Counted from the first letter of the stretch, positions 37,339 to 47,083 are shown. The stretch is 64,000 nucleotides of DNA from an uncultured Eubacteriales bacterium (GCA_902761365.1 CACWJZ010000012.1:2078-66077), one strand, 5' to 3'. Numbers and translations are program-made. Notes: generated by a model not told the origin, from the letters alone.

Positions 37339-37399
37339 GGAAACTAAGCCAAACGTTCTCTTCTCCAAATCCGTTGCCACATTTCTATGTTTCTTTTTA

Positions 37400-37471
37400 A
37401 TTATATCATCCCGCAAAGCCCTTGACAATTCTCACATCCCGGTATATTATTGTGCATATTGAATATACACA
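37400..37471. promoter_or_regulatory. Overlapping divergent sigma-A promoters plus a YtrA/GntR-type operator
   Basis: Plus: TTGACA (37422-27), 17 nt, TATTAT (37445-50). Minus: TTGTCA (37428-23), 17 nt, TG-A-TATAAT (37405-00). Inverted repeat TGTGCATATTGAATATACACA at 37451-37471. Confidence 0.75.
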
Positions 37472-37492
37472 ATATGAACAAGGAGGAAAACC

Positions 37493-38356
37493 ATGCAGCT
37501 ATTGGACGTGCGGGACCTGGAGAAGCGCTACCCGACCTTCACCCTGGACAAGGTCAGCTTTTCCCTGGAGCCCGGCTATATCATGGGCTTTATCGGCCGG
37601 AACGGGGCCGGGAAGACCACCACCATGAAGGCCATGCTGAACCTGATCCACCGGGACGGTGGAGAGGTGTTCGTGAACGGCAAGTCCTTCTTCGAGAACG
37701 AGCGGGCCTGCAAGGGCGAGATCGGCTTCGTCATGGGCGAATTCGACTGCTACAGGAACGCCACCCTTCGGACCATCACCGACGTGACCCGGCGCTTCTA
37801 TCCTGACTGGGATGAAGCCGCCTACGAGAAGTACCTGAGCCGCTTCGCGCTGGAGGAGGGGAAGAAGGTGAAGGAGCTGTCCGCGGGCATGCGGGTGAAG
37901 TACGCCCTAGCCCTGGCCCTCAGCCACAGCGCCAAGCTCCTCATCCTGGACGAGCCCACCAGCGGCCTGGACCCCGTGTCCCGGGACGATCTGCTGGACG
38001 TGTTCCGGGGCCTCATCGAGGACGGCAGCCGCAGCATCCTCTTCTCCACCCACATCATCTCCGATCTTGAGAAGTGCGCGGACTACATCACCTACATCAA
38101 GGGTGGCAAGATCTTGGCCTCTACAGACGTGCTCTCCTTCCGGGAGGGCTACCGCCTGGTGTCCGGAGACCGGGAGCACCTGGAGGTCCGGCGCAGCAAG
38201 CTTATCGGCTGCAAGGAGCACGCCTTCGGCTTCACGGGTCTCATCCGGGCGAAGGACGAGGCGGCCTTTGCAAGCTGCAAGGTGGCCCCCGCCGACCTCG
38301 AATCCATCATGATCTACCACGAACAGGAGGACAGCCATGAAACATCTGTTTTATAA
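37493..38356 (+). CDS. ABC transporter ATP-binding protein (YtrB-like)
   Basis: GRNGAGKTT, LSAGMR, LILDEPTSGLDP and FSTH motifs. Confidence 0.92.
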   Translation: MQLLDVRDLEKRYPTFTLDKVSFSLEPGYIMGFIGRNGAGKTTTMKAMLNLIHRDGGEVFVNGKSFFENERACKGEIGFVMGEFDCYRNATLRTITDVTRRFYPDWDEAAYEKYLSRFALEEGKKVKELSAGMRVKYALALALSHSAKLLILDEPTSGLDPVSRDDLLDVFRGLIEDGSRSILFSTHIISDLEKCADYITYIKGGKILASTDVLSFREGYRLVSGDREHLEVRRSKLIGCKEHAFGFTGLIRAKDEAAFASCKVAPADLESIMIYHEQEDSHETSVL

Positions 38357-39020
38357 GGAACTGAAGCTCTGCCTGCCGCTGCAGGTGCCCCTGTTCTTCC
38401 TCTTTGCGGCCATGCTGTTCATCCCCGCCTACCCCTATCTGGTGGCCTGCTTCTTCACCTGCAACAGCATCTTCTACACGTACAACCAGAGCGTGGGGAA
38501 CAACGACCTTCTCTTCACCGCCCTGCTGCCCGTGTCCAAGAAGCAGGTGATCCAATCCCGGGTCCGGTTCACGGTCTTGATCCAGATGGTCATGTTCCTG
38601 CTGCTGATCCCCATGATCTTCGTGAACCACAAGCTGGTCCCCCAGGGGAACCCGGCGGGCACGGACGCAAGCCTCACCTTCCTCGCCGCGGCGCTGGTGC
38701 TGTTCACCATCTTCAACGCCGTGTTCATCCCTGCCTTCTACCGGGATGAGACCAAGTCCGGCAAAAACTTCCTCATCAGCACCATCGCGGTGTTCGTGTG
38801 GATCATCCTGTGGGAGGGCTTTATGATCACCGCCAGCGCCGCCAAGGGCAGCGTGCCCTTCTTCCGTTGGGTGGCGGAGAACCTGGACGTCTTCCCCGCC
38901 ACAGACACCGCCTGGCGGACCCAGTTCGCGGCCCTGGCCATCGGCGCCCTGGTCTACGGCGTGGGGACCTGGCTCGTCAGCCGCAAGGCCGTCCGCATCT
39001 TCGAGCGGGTGGACCTTTGA
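38337..39020 (+). CDS. ABC-2 type transporter permease
   Basis: Six TMs, LLPVSKKQVIQSR motif; overlaps the ATPase gene. Confidence 0.85.
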   Translation: MKHLFYKELKLCLPLQVPLFFLFAAMLFIPAYPYLVACFFTCNSIFYTYNQSVGNNDLLFTALLPVSKKQVIQSRVRFTVLIQMVMFLLLIPMIFVNHKLVPQGNPAGTDASLTFLAAALVLFTIFNAVFIPAFYRDETKSGKNFLISTIAVFVWIILWEGFMITASAAKGSVPFFRWVAENLDVFPATDTAWRTQFAALAIGALVYGVGTWLVSRKAVRIFERVDL

Positions 39021-39400
39021 TGGACCTGTACCTCTCCGGCAGCTCGCCGCTACCCATCTATCGGCAGCTCTTTGACCAGCTCTGCGCCCAGATCTTGGAC
39101 GGGCGATTGAAGAGCGGCGACGCCCTGCCCCCCATCCGCACGGTGGCTCGGGAGCTCAGTATCAGCGTCATCCCCGTGAAGCGGGCCTGGGAGGAGCTGG
39201 AAGCGGCTGGCTTCCTCGAGAGCTTCGTGGGCCGGGGCTGCTTCATCGCGCCCATGAGCGCCGACAAGCTCCAGCGCCTCAAGCGGGAGATGGCCGCCGA
39301 CAAGCTCTCCGACGCCGCCGCTTACTGCCGGAGCCTGGGCATGAGCCTGGCGGAGGCGGAGAGACTGCTCAGCGACGCCTGGGCCTCGCCCGTGGAATAG
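39020..39400 (+). CDS. GntR family (YtrA subfamily) transcriptional regulator
   Basis: ATG 39020 overlaps the upstream stop; PIYRQL...ILDGRLKSGDALPPIRTVARELSISVIPVKRAWEELE..G......GRGCFI. Confidence 0.9.
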   Translation: MDLYLSGSSPLPIYRQLFDQLCAQILDGRLKSGDALPPIRTVARELSISVIPVKRAWEELEAAGFLESFVGRGCFIAPMSADKLQRLKREMAADKLSDAAAYCRSLGMSLAEAERLLSDAWASPVE

Positions 39401-39409
39401 GAGGAGAAT

Positions 39410-40159
39410 ATGGATCGGAAGCTGGTCAAGGAATATCTGTTCATCACGTTCGCCCTCATGCTGCTCTTCTGGGGCGGCTGCGTCCTGGCGAGCCGGACGC
39501 TGGGTCTGACGGTGGAGGCCCTGTGGATGCGCATCCCCTACGCTCTGGGCGGCTTTTCCCCCACCGTCGCCTCCTACGTGGCCCTGAAGCGGAGCGGCCG
39601 GGTCAAGACCTTCCGGGAATGGCTCAAGCGGGTGTTCGACCTGCGGCACAGCCTCTGGGTATACGCCGAGGCGCTCCTGTTCGTGCTGGTGTACTATGCT
39701 GTGAATTGTCTCGTAAACGGGTTCACCGCAGGCGCGCCGGTCTTCATGCTGGTCGTCATCGTCCCCCTGATGCTGTTCGGCGGCGGCAACGAGGAGGCCG
39801 GCTGGCGCATGGTCCTGCAGCCGGAGCTGGAGAAGGCCCTGGGCTTCCACGGCGCCACGCTCCTCACCGGCGGGATCTGGTGGGTCTGGCACCTGCCTCT
39901 GTTCTTTATCCACGGGACCGCCCAGGAGTCCATGAACTTCTTCCTGTTCGGCATCCTGTGCCTGGCCCTGTCCTACGCCCTGGCCACGATCCGCAGGACC
40001 TCCCGGGGCGTCTTCCCCTGCGTGCTGACCCACTGCCTCATCAACGGCCTGTCGGCCGTGCTGGTGTTCGAAAGCAGTCTGCTCTCCGCCTGCCTGTGCC
40101 TGGGTTTGACCGTGATCCTGTCCCTGATCCTGCTCAGGGCGAAGATCCCCCAAAAATAA
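39410..40159 (+). CDS. CPBP (CAAX/Abi) intramembrane metalloprotease
   Basis: GGNEEAGWR, WWVWHLPLF and HCLIN motifs. Confidence 0.9.
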   Translation: MDRKLVKEYLFITFALMLLFWGGCVLASRTLGLTVEALWMRIPYALGGFSPTVASYVALKRSGRVKTFREWLKRVFDLRHSLWVYAEALLFVLVYYAVNCLVNGFTAGAPVFMLVVIVPLMLFGGGNEEAGWRMVLQPELEKALGFHGATLLTGGIWWVWHLPLFFIHGTAQESMNFFLFGILCLALSYALATIRRTSRGVFPCVLTHCLINGLSAVLVFESSLLSACLCLGLTVILSLILLRAKIPQK

Positions 40160-40210
40160 AGGGGCAAGGTCATTGACGGCTCCGAGAAAACGTGATACGG
40201 TATGTACAGC

Positions 40211-40242
40211 GCCCCTGACCACTTGGGATCAGGGGCATTTTT
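40211..40242 (+). terminator. Terminator-like hairpin between the ytr-like operon and the MATE genes
   Basis: GCCCCTGA/TCAGGGGC stem followed by ATTTTT, just before the AGGAGG RBS. Confidence 0.55.
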
Positions 40243-40254
40243 CAGGAGGCGGGC

Positions 40255-41601
40255 ATGGCGGCGAAGACGCGGGACCTGACGACGGGCAGCATCAAGAAGG
40301 TGCTGCTCTCCTTTGCGGCGCCCCTGTTTCTGAGCCAGCTCTTCCAGCAGCTCTACAACTCCGCCGACGCCCTCATCGTGGGCAACTTTCTGGGCAAGGA
40401 GGCATTGGCCGCCGTCAGCTCCTCGGGCCCCCTCATCCAGCTGTTCATCGGCTTCTTCAACGGCGCCGCCATGGGCGCGGGGGTGGTGATCTCCCGGTAC
40501 TTCGGCGCTGACGACCGGACGCGGGTCCGCAAGGCCATCCACACCAACGTGCTCTTCAGCCTGATATGCGGCCTGTTCCTCTCCCTGGTGGGCGTGCTGC
40601 TGACGCCCTACATCCTGCGCTGGATGGGCACCGACCCCGAGGTGCTGCCCCTGTCGGAATCCTACTTCCGCTGGTACTTTGCCGGCGCGGTGGCCATCGT
40701 CATGTACAACGTCCTCAAGGGCATCATGACCGCTCTGGGCGACAGCCGCCGGCCCCTCTACTACCTCATCTTCTCCTCGGTGCTGAACGTGCTGCTGGAC
40801 CTGCTGTTCGTGGGCGTTCTCCACGGGGGCGTGGCGGCGGCGGCCCTGGCCACCACCATCTCCCAGGGGCTCAGCGCCCTCCTGTGCCTCCTTCACCTGC
40901 TGGAAAAGGACCAGATCTACACCCTGAAGGCCCGGGAGCTGCGGATCGACGGCCCGATCCTGAAGGAGATCGTGCGCATCGGCCTGCCCACGGGGGTCCA
41001 GATGTCGGTGATCTCCATCGCCAACGTGCTGGTCCAGAAGAACATCAACTCCTTCGGCGCCGACGCCATGGCCGCCTGCGGCTCCTTCGCCAAGGTGGAG
41101 GGCTTCGTATTCCTGCCCATCACCTGCTTCTCCCTGGCCCTCACCACCTTCATCAGCCAGAACCTGGGGGCGAGGAAGCTGGACCGGGTCAGGGCCGGCA
41201 GCCGGTTCGGGCTCCTGTCCGCGGTGCTGGCGGCGGAGACCATCGGCGTAATTATCTTCTTCTTCGGCCCCCAGCTCATCTCCCTGTTCAACAGCGACCC
41301 GGCGGTGCTGGCCATCGGCCAAAAGCAATGCCGGATCGAATCTTTGTTCTTCTGCATGCTGGCCCTCAGCCACACCGTGGCGGGCATCTGCCGGGGCGCG
41401 GGCAAGGCCACCGTGCCCATGCTGGTCATGCTGGGCATCTGGTGCGTGCTTCGGATCACCTACATCACCGTGGCCATGCAGATCTCCCACGACATCCGGC
41501 TCCTGTTCTGGGCCTACCCCCTGACCTGGACCATCAGCGCCGCCATCTTCTTCCTCTACTATAAATATTCCCACTGGCTCGAAATCGCGAAGGAGGCCTG
41601 A
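40255..41601 (+). CDS. MATE family efflux transporter
   Basis: DLTTGSI, FQQLYNSADALIVG, ALGDSRRPL, GVAAAALAT and SQNLGA motifs. Confidence 0.93.
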   Translation: MAAKTRDLTTGSIKKVLLSFAAPLFLSQLFQQLYNSADALIVGNFLGKEALAAVSSSGPLIQLFIGFFNGAAMGAGVVISRYFGADDRTRVRKAIHTNVLFSLICGLFLSLVGVLLTPYILRWMGTDPEVLPLSESYFRWYFAGAVAIVMYNVLKGIMTALGDSRRPLYYLIFSSVLNVLLDLLFVGVLHGGVAAAALATTISQGLSALLCLLHLLEKDQIYTLKARELRIDGPILKEIVRIGLPTGVQMSVISIANVLVQKNINSFGADAMAACGSFAKVEGFVFLPITCFSLALTTFISQNLGARKLDRVRAGSRFGLLSAVLAAETIGVIIFFFGPQLISLFNSDPAVLAIGQKQCRIESLFFCMLALSHTVAGICRGAGKATVPMLVMLGIWCVLRITYITVAMQISHDIRLLFWAYPLTWTISAAIFFLYYKYSHWLEIAKEA

Positions 41602-41604
41602 TCC

Positions 41605-43005
41605 ATGGACGCCCGCGCCGACAAATTTACACGCATGACCACCCAGCCGGTGAAGAAGCTGGTGCTGCGCCTGGCCGGGCCCACCATCGCTTCCATGCTG
41701 ATCTCGTCCCTCTACAACATGGCGGACACCTTCTTCGTGGGGCGCATCGGCACCTTCGCCACGGCGGGCGTGGGGCTCATCTTTCCCCTTATGACCGTCA
41801 TGCAGGCCTTCGGCTTCTTCTTCGGCCAGGGCTCCGGCAACTACGTGTCCCGGGCCCTGGGGGCCAACAAGATCGAGGATGCCGAGCGCATGGCCGCCAC
41901 GGGTTTCTTCTGCGCCCTCATGATGGGCGCCCTCATCTTCGCCCTGGGCCAGCTCTTCGCCACGCCCGTGCTGCGGGTGCTGGGGGCCGACCCCGCCAGG
42001 GTGGCCCAGGAGACCGTGGACCACGCCCGGGCCTACTACACGGCCCTGCTCTTCGGGGCGCCCTTCGTGCTGGCCTCCTGCGTGCTCAACAACCAGATGC
42101 GCTTCCAGGGCAACGCCTTCTTTTCCATGATCGGCCTGGTGTCCGGGGCGGTGCTGAACATCGGCCTCGACCCCCTGTTCATCTTCGTGTTCCACATGGG
42201 CGTCCGGGGCGCCGCCGCCGCCACGGTGGTGAGCCAGGCTTTCAGCTTCTGCGTGCTGTATCTGGGCACCCTGCGGAGCGACACCCTGAAGATACGCTTT
42301 AGGAACCTGACCCCCACCGCCCACTACCTGAAGAACATCGTGGCCGGGGGCATCCCCTCCCTGCTCCGGCAGGGCTTCGGGAGCGTGGCGACATTGTGCC
42401 TCAACGCCGCCGCAGCCGCCGCGGTGCCCTTGGCGGAGGCGGACGCGGCCATCGCCGCCTTCTCCGTGGTGAGCCGGGTCATGTTCTTCGTGTTCTCCGC
42501 CCTGCTGGGCTTCGGCCAGGGGTTCCAGCCCGTGTGCGGCTACAACTGGGGCGCCCGGCAGTTCGACCGGGTCCGGGAGGCGTACCTGTTCTGCATGAAG
42601 ATCGGCGTCATCTTCCTGCTGCTCATCTCCGCCTGCACGTTTTCCTTCGCCGGGCCCATCGTGTCCCTGTTCCGGGACGACCCGGACGTGATCCGCATGG
42701 GCACCGTGGCCATGCGCTGCCAGAGCTGCACCCTGCCGCTGATGGCCGTGGTGGCCATGTCCAACATGCTCTTCCAGACCACGGGCAAGGCCCTTCGGGC
42801 CACGGTCCTGGCCATCGCCCGCCAGGGGCTCACCTTCATCCCCTGCGTGCTGCTGCTGCCCAAGCTCATCGATCCAGCCATCTGGGGCGTGTACCTGTCC
42901 CAGCCGGCGGCGGACCTGGTCACCTGCCTCATGGCCGTGCCCATGGCTTTGCACATCCTGCCCCGGTTCAAGCGGGCCATGGCGGACTCGGACTTCACCC
43001 CATAA
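41605..43005 (+). CDS. MATE family efflux transporter (MepA-like)
   Basis: LYNMADTFFVG, NIGLDPLFIF, GVRGAAAAT and QPVCGYNWGA motifs. Confidence 0.93.
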   Translation: MDARADKFTRMTTQPVKKLVLRLAGPTIASMLISSLYNMADTFFVGRIGTFATAGVGLIFPLMTVMQAFGFFFGQGSGNYVSRALGANKIEDAERMAATGFFCALMMGALIFALGQLFATPVLRVLGADPARVAQETVDHARAYYTALLFGAPFVLASCVLNNQMRFQGNAFFSMIGLVSGAVLNIGLDPLFIFVFHMGVRGAAAATVVSQAFSFCVLYLGTLRSDTLKIRFRNLTPTAHYLKNIVAGGIPSLLRQGFGSVATLCLNAAAAAAVPLAEADAAIAAFSVVSRVMFFVFSALLGFGQGFQPVCGYNWGARQFDRVREAYLFCMKIGVIFLLLISACTFSFAGPIVSLFRDDPDVIRMGTVAMRCQSCTLPLMAVVAMSNMLFQTTGKALRATVLAIARQGLTFIPCVLLLPKLIDPAIWGVYLSQPAADLVTCLMAVPMALHILPRFKRAMADSDFTP

Positions 43006-43092
43006 CTTTGTTGCTGTAGCAACATATTAAACCGAGGGAACTGGCTATAATAGTCCTGCCTGAGAAACCCAGGCAGAAAGAAGGGCTATCCT

Positions 43093-44217
43093 ATGAAGAA
43101 ATATATGTCTCTGTTCCTCGCTATGCTGATGCTGGCGGCCCTGTTCGCGGGCTGCGCCGGCAAGACTGCCGAGACCGCTCCCGACGCCACCGTCGCGCCT
43201 GAGCAGGAGATCAAGAGCCAGGAAACGCCTGCGGACGTGATCCATGAGCTGCAGCCCCCCGCCGCGGAAGCCACGGCGGAACCCGAGACCGACATCACCT
43301 CCAAGCTGGATGCCGCGGTCCCCGCAGCGCCCGTGGTCATGCGCCTGGGCGGCCTGAAGGGGCCCACCACCATGGGCATGGTGAAGCTCCTCAGCGACAG
43401 CGACGCGGGCCTCACCGCCAACAAGTATGAGTACACCATCGCGGCCGCCGCCGACGAGCTGACGCCCAAGCTGTTGAAGGGCGAGCTCGACATGCTGGCC
43501 CTGCCCGTGAACGCCGGCGCCATCCTGTACAACAAGTCCAACGGCGGCGTGACCATGCTGGCCGTCAACACCCTGGGCGTGCTGTACATCCTAGAGAAGG
43601 GCGGGGAGACCGTCCAGTCCGTGGCGGATTTGAAGGGCAAGACCATCTACGCCACCGGCAAGGGCACCACCCCCGAGTACGCCCTATCCTACCTGCTCTC
43701 CAAGAACGGCCTGGACATCGCCACCGACGTGACTATGGAGTGGAAGAGCGAGCCCTCCGAGGTGGTGGCCCAGCTGGCCAAGGAGGAGAGCGCCGTGGCC
43801 ATGATGCCCCAGCCCTTCGTGACCGTGGCCCGGGGCAAGGTGGAAGGTCTGCGGGTGGCCCTTGACATGACCAAGGAGTGGGCCACCGCGGGCGACACCC
43901 TCATCACCGCCGGCCTCATCGTGCGCACCGCCTTCCTGCAGGAGCATCCGGAGGAGGTCAAGACCTTCCTGGAGGAGTACGCCGCCTCCACCGCCTATGC
44001 CAACGAGCATGCCGCTGAGGCCGCCGCGCTGGTGGAGCAGTTCATCGGCGTCAACGCCGCCGTGGCCGAAAAGGCCATCCCCGCCTGCAACATCGTGTGC
44101 ATCACCGGGGAGGAGATGAAGAAGGCCGCTGCGGGCTACCTGGCCGTGCTCTTCGGCCTCAATGACAAGGCCGTGGGCGGCGCGCTGCCGGGCGACGACT
44201 TCTACTACCTGCCGTGA
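43093..44217 (+). CDS. NitT/TauT-type ABC substrate-binding lipoprotein
   Basis: Lipobox FAGC, acidic linker; LKGPTTMGM, NTLGVLY, GKGTTPEY, PQPF and LPGDDFYY. Confidence 0.87.
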   Translation: MKKYMSLFLAMLMLAALFAGCAGKTAETAPDATVAPEQEIKSQETPADVIHELQPPAAEATAEPETDITSKLDAAVPAAPVVMRLGGLKGPTTMGMVKLLSDSDAGLTANKYEYTIAAAADELTPKLLKGELDMLALPVNAGAILYNKSNGGVTMLAVNTLGVLYILEKGGETVQSVADLKGKTIYATGKGTTPEYALSYLLSKNGLDIATDVTMEWKSEPSEVVAQLAKEESAVAMMPQPFVTVARGKVEGLRVALDMTKEWATAGDTLITAGLIVRTAFLQEHPEEVKTFLEEYAASTAYANEHAAEAAALVEQFIGVNAAVAEKAIPACNIVCITGEEMKKAAAGYLAVLFGLNDKAVGGALPGDDFYYLP

Positions 44218-44975
44218 AGGAGCTGCTGAAGCAAAAATCCATACAGAAAGCCTTGTCCGTAGCTCTCGCCCTGCTTCTATGGCAGGCGGGAGCTATGGCT
44301 TTAGACCTGAACCTGCTGCTGGTGACGCCGGTGGAGGTGGTCCGGCGGCTCTTCACCCTGGTGGGGGAAAACGACTTCTGGCAGACGCTCCTCTTCTCCT
44401 TCAGCCGGATCGTGCTGGGGTTCGCCCTGGCCTTCGCCCTGGGGTGCCTGCTGGGCGTGCTTTCGGGGAAGTGGCCGCTGCTGGAGACGCTGCTGTGGCC
44501 CTACGTCATCACCATCAAGACCGTGCCCGTGGCGTCGTTCATCATCCTGAGCCTGATCTTCTTCTCGGCCCGGCAGCTGCCCACCTTCATCTCCTTCCTC
44601 ATGGTGTTCCCCGTGATCTACTCCAACGTGCTGGAGGGCATCCGCAGCACGGACCGGGAGCTGTTGGAGATGGCGCAGGTGTTCAAGATCAGCTGGTGGC
44701 GGCGGCTGGGGTACATCTACCTCCCCCACCTGAAGCCCTTTTTGTTCTCCGCCTGCTCGGTGGCCCTGGGCATGAGCTGGAAGTCCGGCGTAGCCGCGGA
44801 GGTCATCGGTGTGGCCTCTGGGTCCATCGGCGAGAAGCTGTACGAGTCCAAGGTGTACTTCATCACGGAGGACCTCTTGGCTTGGACCGTGGTCATCGTG
44901 CTCATCTCTGTTCTATTTGAAAAGCTGTTTTTGCGGCTGATGCGGGCGGCCTTCCGCCGCTGGGAGGGGCGCTGA
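44214..44975 (+). CDS. NitT/TauT-type ABC permease
   Basis: PVEV, TVPVASFI, ELLEMA and WKSGVAAEV motifs; GTG start overlapping the upstream stop. Confidence 0.9.
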   Translation: MKELLKQKSIQKALSVALALLLWQAGAMALDLNLLLVTPVEVVRRLFTLVGENDFWQTLLFSFSRIVLGFALAFALGCLLGVLSGKWPLLETLLWPYVITIKTVPVASFIILSLIFFSARQLPTFISFLMVFPVIYSNVLEGIRSTDRELLEMAQVFKISWWRRLGYIYLPHLKPFLFSACSVALGMSWKSGVAAEVIGVASGSIGEKLYESKVYFITEDLLAWTVVIVLISVLFEKLFLRLMRAAFRRWEGR

Positions 44976-44976
44976 T

Positions 44977-45546
44977 ATGGCCATCGTCATCCAAAACTTC
45001 ACCAAATCCTACGGCGACAAGCTGGCCCTGCCCCCCTTCTCCTGCACTCTGGAGGCGGGCGAGATCGTGTGCCTTTTGGGGCAGTCGGGCTGCGGCAAGA
45101 CCACGCTGCTCAGGCTCCTGCTGGGCCTCGAAGCGCCCACGGGCGGCACCGCCTCGGGCCTTCCCGACCGAATCAGCGCCGTGTTTCAGGAGGATCGACT
45201 GTGCCCCGCCTTCTCCGCCGTGACCAACGTGTCCCTGGCCCTGGGGCGGCAGGCATCCCGGGCGGAGATCGTGGCCCTGCTCACAGAGCTGGGCCTGGGC
45301 GACGCGCTCACCAAGCCCGTCCGGGAGCTGAGCGGCGGTATGCAGCGCAGAGTCGCCATCGCCCGGAGCCTCCTCTGCCCCGCGGACCTGTACCTCATGG
45401 ACGAGCCCTTCAAGGGCCTGGACGAGGACACCCGCAAGGTGGTCATGGACACGGTCCTGACCCGCACCCGGGGCAAGACCCTCCTCCTCGTGACCCACGA
45501 CCCGGAGGAGGCTGCCTACCTGGGCAGCCGCGTGGTGAGGATGTAA
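44977..45546 (+). CDS. NitT/TauT-type ABC ATP-binding protein
   Basis: GQSGCGKTT, VFQEDRL, LSGGMQRR, MDEPFKGLD and VTHD motifs. Confidence 0.92.
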   Translation: MAIVIQNFTKSYGDKLALPPFSCTLEAGEIVCLLGQSGCGKTTLLRLLLGLEAPTGGTASGLPDRISAVFQEDRLCPAFSAVTNVSLALGRQASRAEIVALLTELGLGDALTKPVRELSGGMQRRVAIARSLLCPADLYLMDEPFKGLDEDTRKVVMDTVLTRTRGKTLLLVTHDPEEAAYLGSRVVRM

Positions 45547-45679
45547 GGGTTGTGTTTTGTTTTGCCGCTTGTTCTCTTTGGACAAGGGTGCGGAGCCGAG
45601 CGCTGCCTGAGGCAGATTCAGCGAGGCGCAGCACGGGCAAAGCAAGGAGAAAGCAAGCGGCAGCGTAGCTTCGACTATG

Positions 45680-45810
45680 TTTTGCCCATGGTAGAAAAAA
45701 CGGCGGAAAAAGAGAAACTTAAGGACAATAATAGGAAGTACGGCTATGCCATACTCCCCAAATAAAGTTCTTTGGGCCTGAACCCTTTCTTGCAAGAAAG
45801 GGTTCGTGCT
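45680..45810 (+). repeat. Dispersed three-hairpin repeat, copy C (first hairpin degenerate)
   Basis: GGAAGTA...TACTCCC, then AAATAAAGTTCTTTGGGCCTG and GAACCCTTTCTTGCAAGAAAGGGTTCGTGCTTT, nearly identical to 53615-53667. Confidence 0.75.
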
Positions 45811-46791
45811 TTATTGATTTCCTTTCTTCCCCTTGCCGATCTCGCCCACCACGCCGAAGAGGACGCCGGCCACAGGCCAGATGATCCAGGTCATGTCCCA
45901 GCGCTGGGTGAGGAAACTGACGGCCAGATACACCGCCGTGACGATGCTCCAATAGATGCCGCCGTACTTGCTGGTGCTCCGCTTCCTGGCGCGGGTGTAG
46001 TCCCCCTGCTCCAGCAGCATCTGATATCCGCTCCAGGGGATGCTGGTCTTCACGATGGTGTACACGCCCACGGCAGCCAGGACCAGGATGGCGCTGACGC
46101 CCAGGACCCCGTAGAACTCGTCATCGCCCCGCCACAGAAGCAGCACGAACAGGGGAATGGCCGCCAGCACGCAGAGGACCACGCCGATGGCGATCCGCCG
46201 GTTGTGCTCGCCCTCCTCCCGCTGCATCCGCTCCTTGACCATGCCAGAAACGCCGTAGGCCGTGTCCAGGACGTTCTTCTCCAGGTACTCGAACCGGTTC
46301 CCTTTGAGCCCCGTGAGCACGAACAGCAGCACCGCGCCTGCCACCATGAGCAGCAGCACGATCAGCCCGATCATGCTCGCCTGCAGCTCCGTCAACGGCA
46401 GCCGCCCGCTCTCCTGGGCCCCGCCCAAGAGAATCAGCGTGATGGGCGAAAGGATGCACAGAAGCACGCCCAGGGCGATCCGCGGAGTGCTCTCGGCCTT
46501 GTAGTCCAGGAACGCGTTGGCCTCCTCCATGGACACGAAGGTGGTCCCCTCCGCCTCCGGCTCCTCCAACCCGGCCATGGGCTCCGGCGCCTCCAGATTA
46601 TCCTTCAAAAGGTAGTCCGTGCTCACCCCGAACAGGGTGGACAGCTGTAAGATCTTATTCATGTCCGGGATGGACTGGGCCCCCTCCCACTTGGAAACGG
46701 ACTGCCGGCTCACGCCCAGCTTCTCGGCCAGCTCCTCCTGGGACCAACCCGCCTTCTTCCGCAAATCGATGATCTTGTCTGCAAGGATCAT
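45811..46791 (-). CDS. XRE-family HTH regulator fused to a multi-TM domain
   Basis: MILADKIIDLRKKAGWSQEELAEKLGVSRQSVSKWE...PD; six C-terminal TMs ending TWIIWPVAG; start ATG 46791. Confidence 0.9.
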   Translation of the reverse strand: MILADKIIDLRKKAGWSQEELAEKLGVSRQSVSKWEGAQSIPDMNKILQLSTLFGVSTDYLLKDNLEAPEPMAGLEEPEAEGTTFVSMEEANAFLDYKAESTPRIALGVLLCILSPITLILLGGAQESGRLPLTELQASMIGLIVLLLMVAGAVLLFVLTGLKGNRFEYLEKNVLDTAYGVSGMVKERMQREEGEHNRRIAIGVVLCVLAAIPLFVLLLWRGDDEFYGVLGVSAILVLAAVGVYTIVKTSIPWSGYQMLLEQGDYTRARKRSTSKYGGIYWSIVTAVYLAVSFLTQRWDMTWIIWPVAGVLFGVVGEIGKGKKGNQ

Positions 46792-47083
46792 GTGTTTCTC
46801 CTTTCCTCCGGCTCCATGGCTCGGCTCTGTTTTCTGGCCCCATGCTACCCAAAAAGGCGGTTGCCTGCTACCAATTTTTCCCGTCAATCTGTCAACCGTC
46901 GGTTGCAACCGCCGAAAAAGTGCCTTTCTGTCCAAAATATGTATCACCGTTGCCCCGTTTTGTCAATCGGTTTGCCCCACAGGACCCGCGGCACGACGCG
47001 CAGAGGCTTCGGCGCATTTTCTCTCGACTGACGAGGAAAAAGGGAGTATACTAAGAGGCAAGAAAGGATTTGGGGGACGTGGA

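Noticed and set aside
43055-43080. CTGAGAAACCC upstream of the NitT-type ABC operon as a TPP riboswitch
   Set aside because: The downstream ACCTGA...TAAT...GCG.AGG elements are absent and the space is too short; it is just a CTGCCTG/CAGGCAG hairpin.
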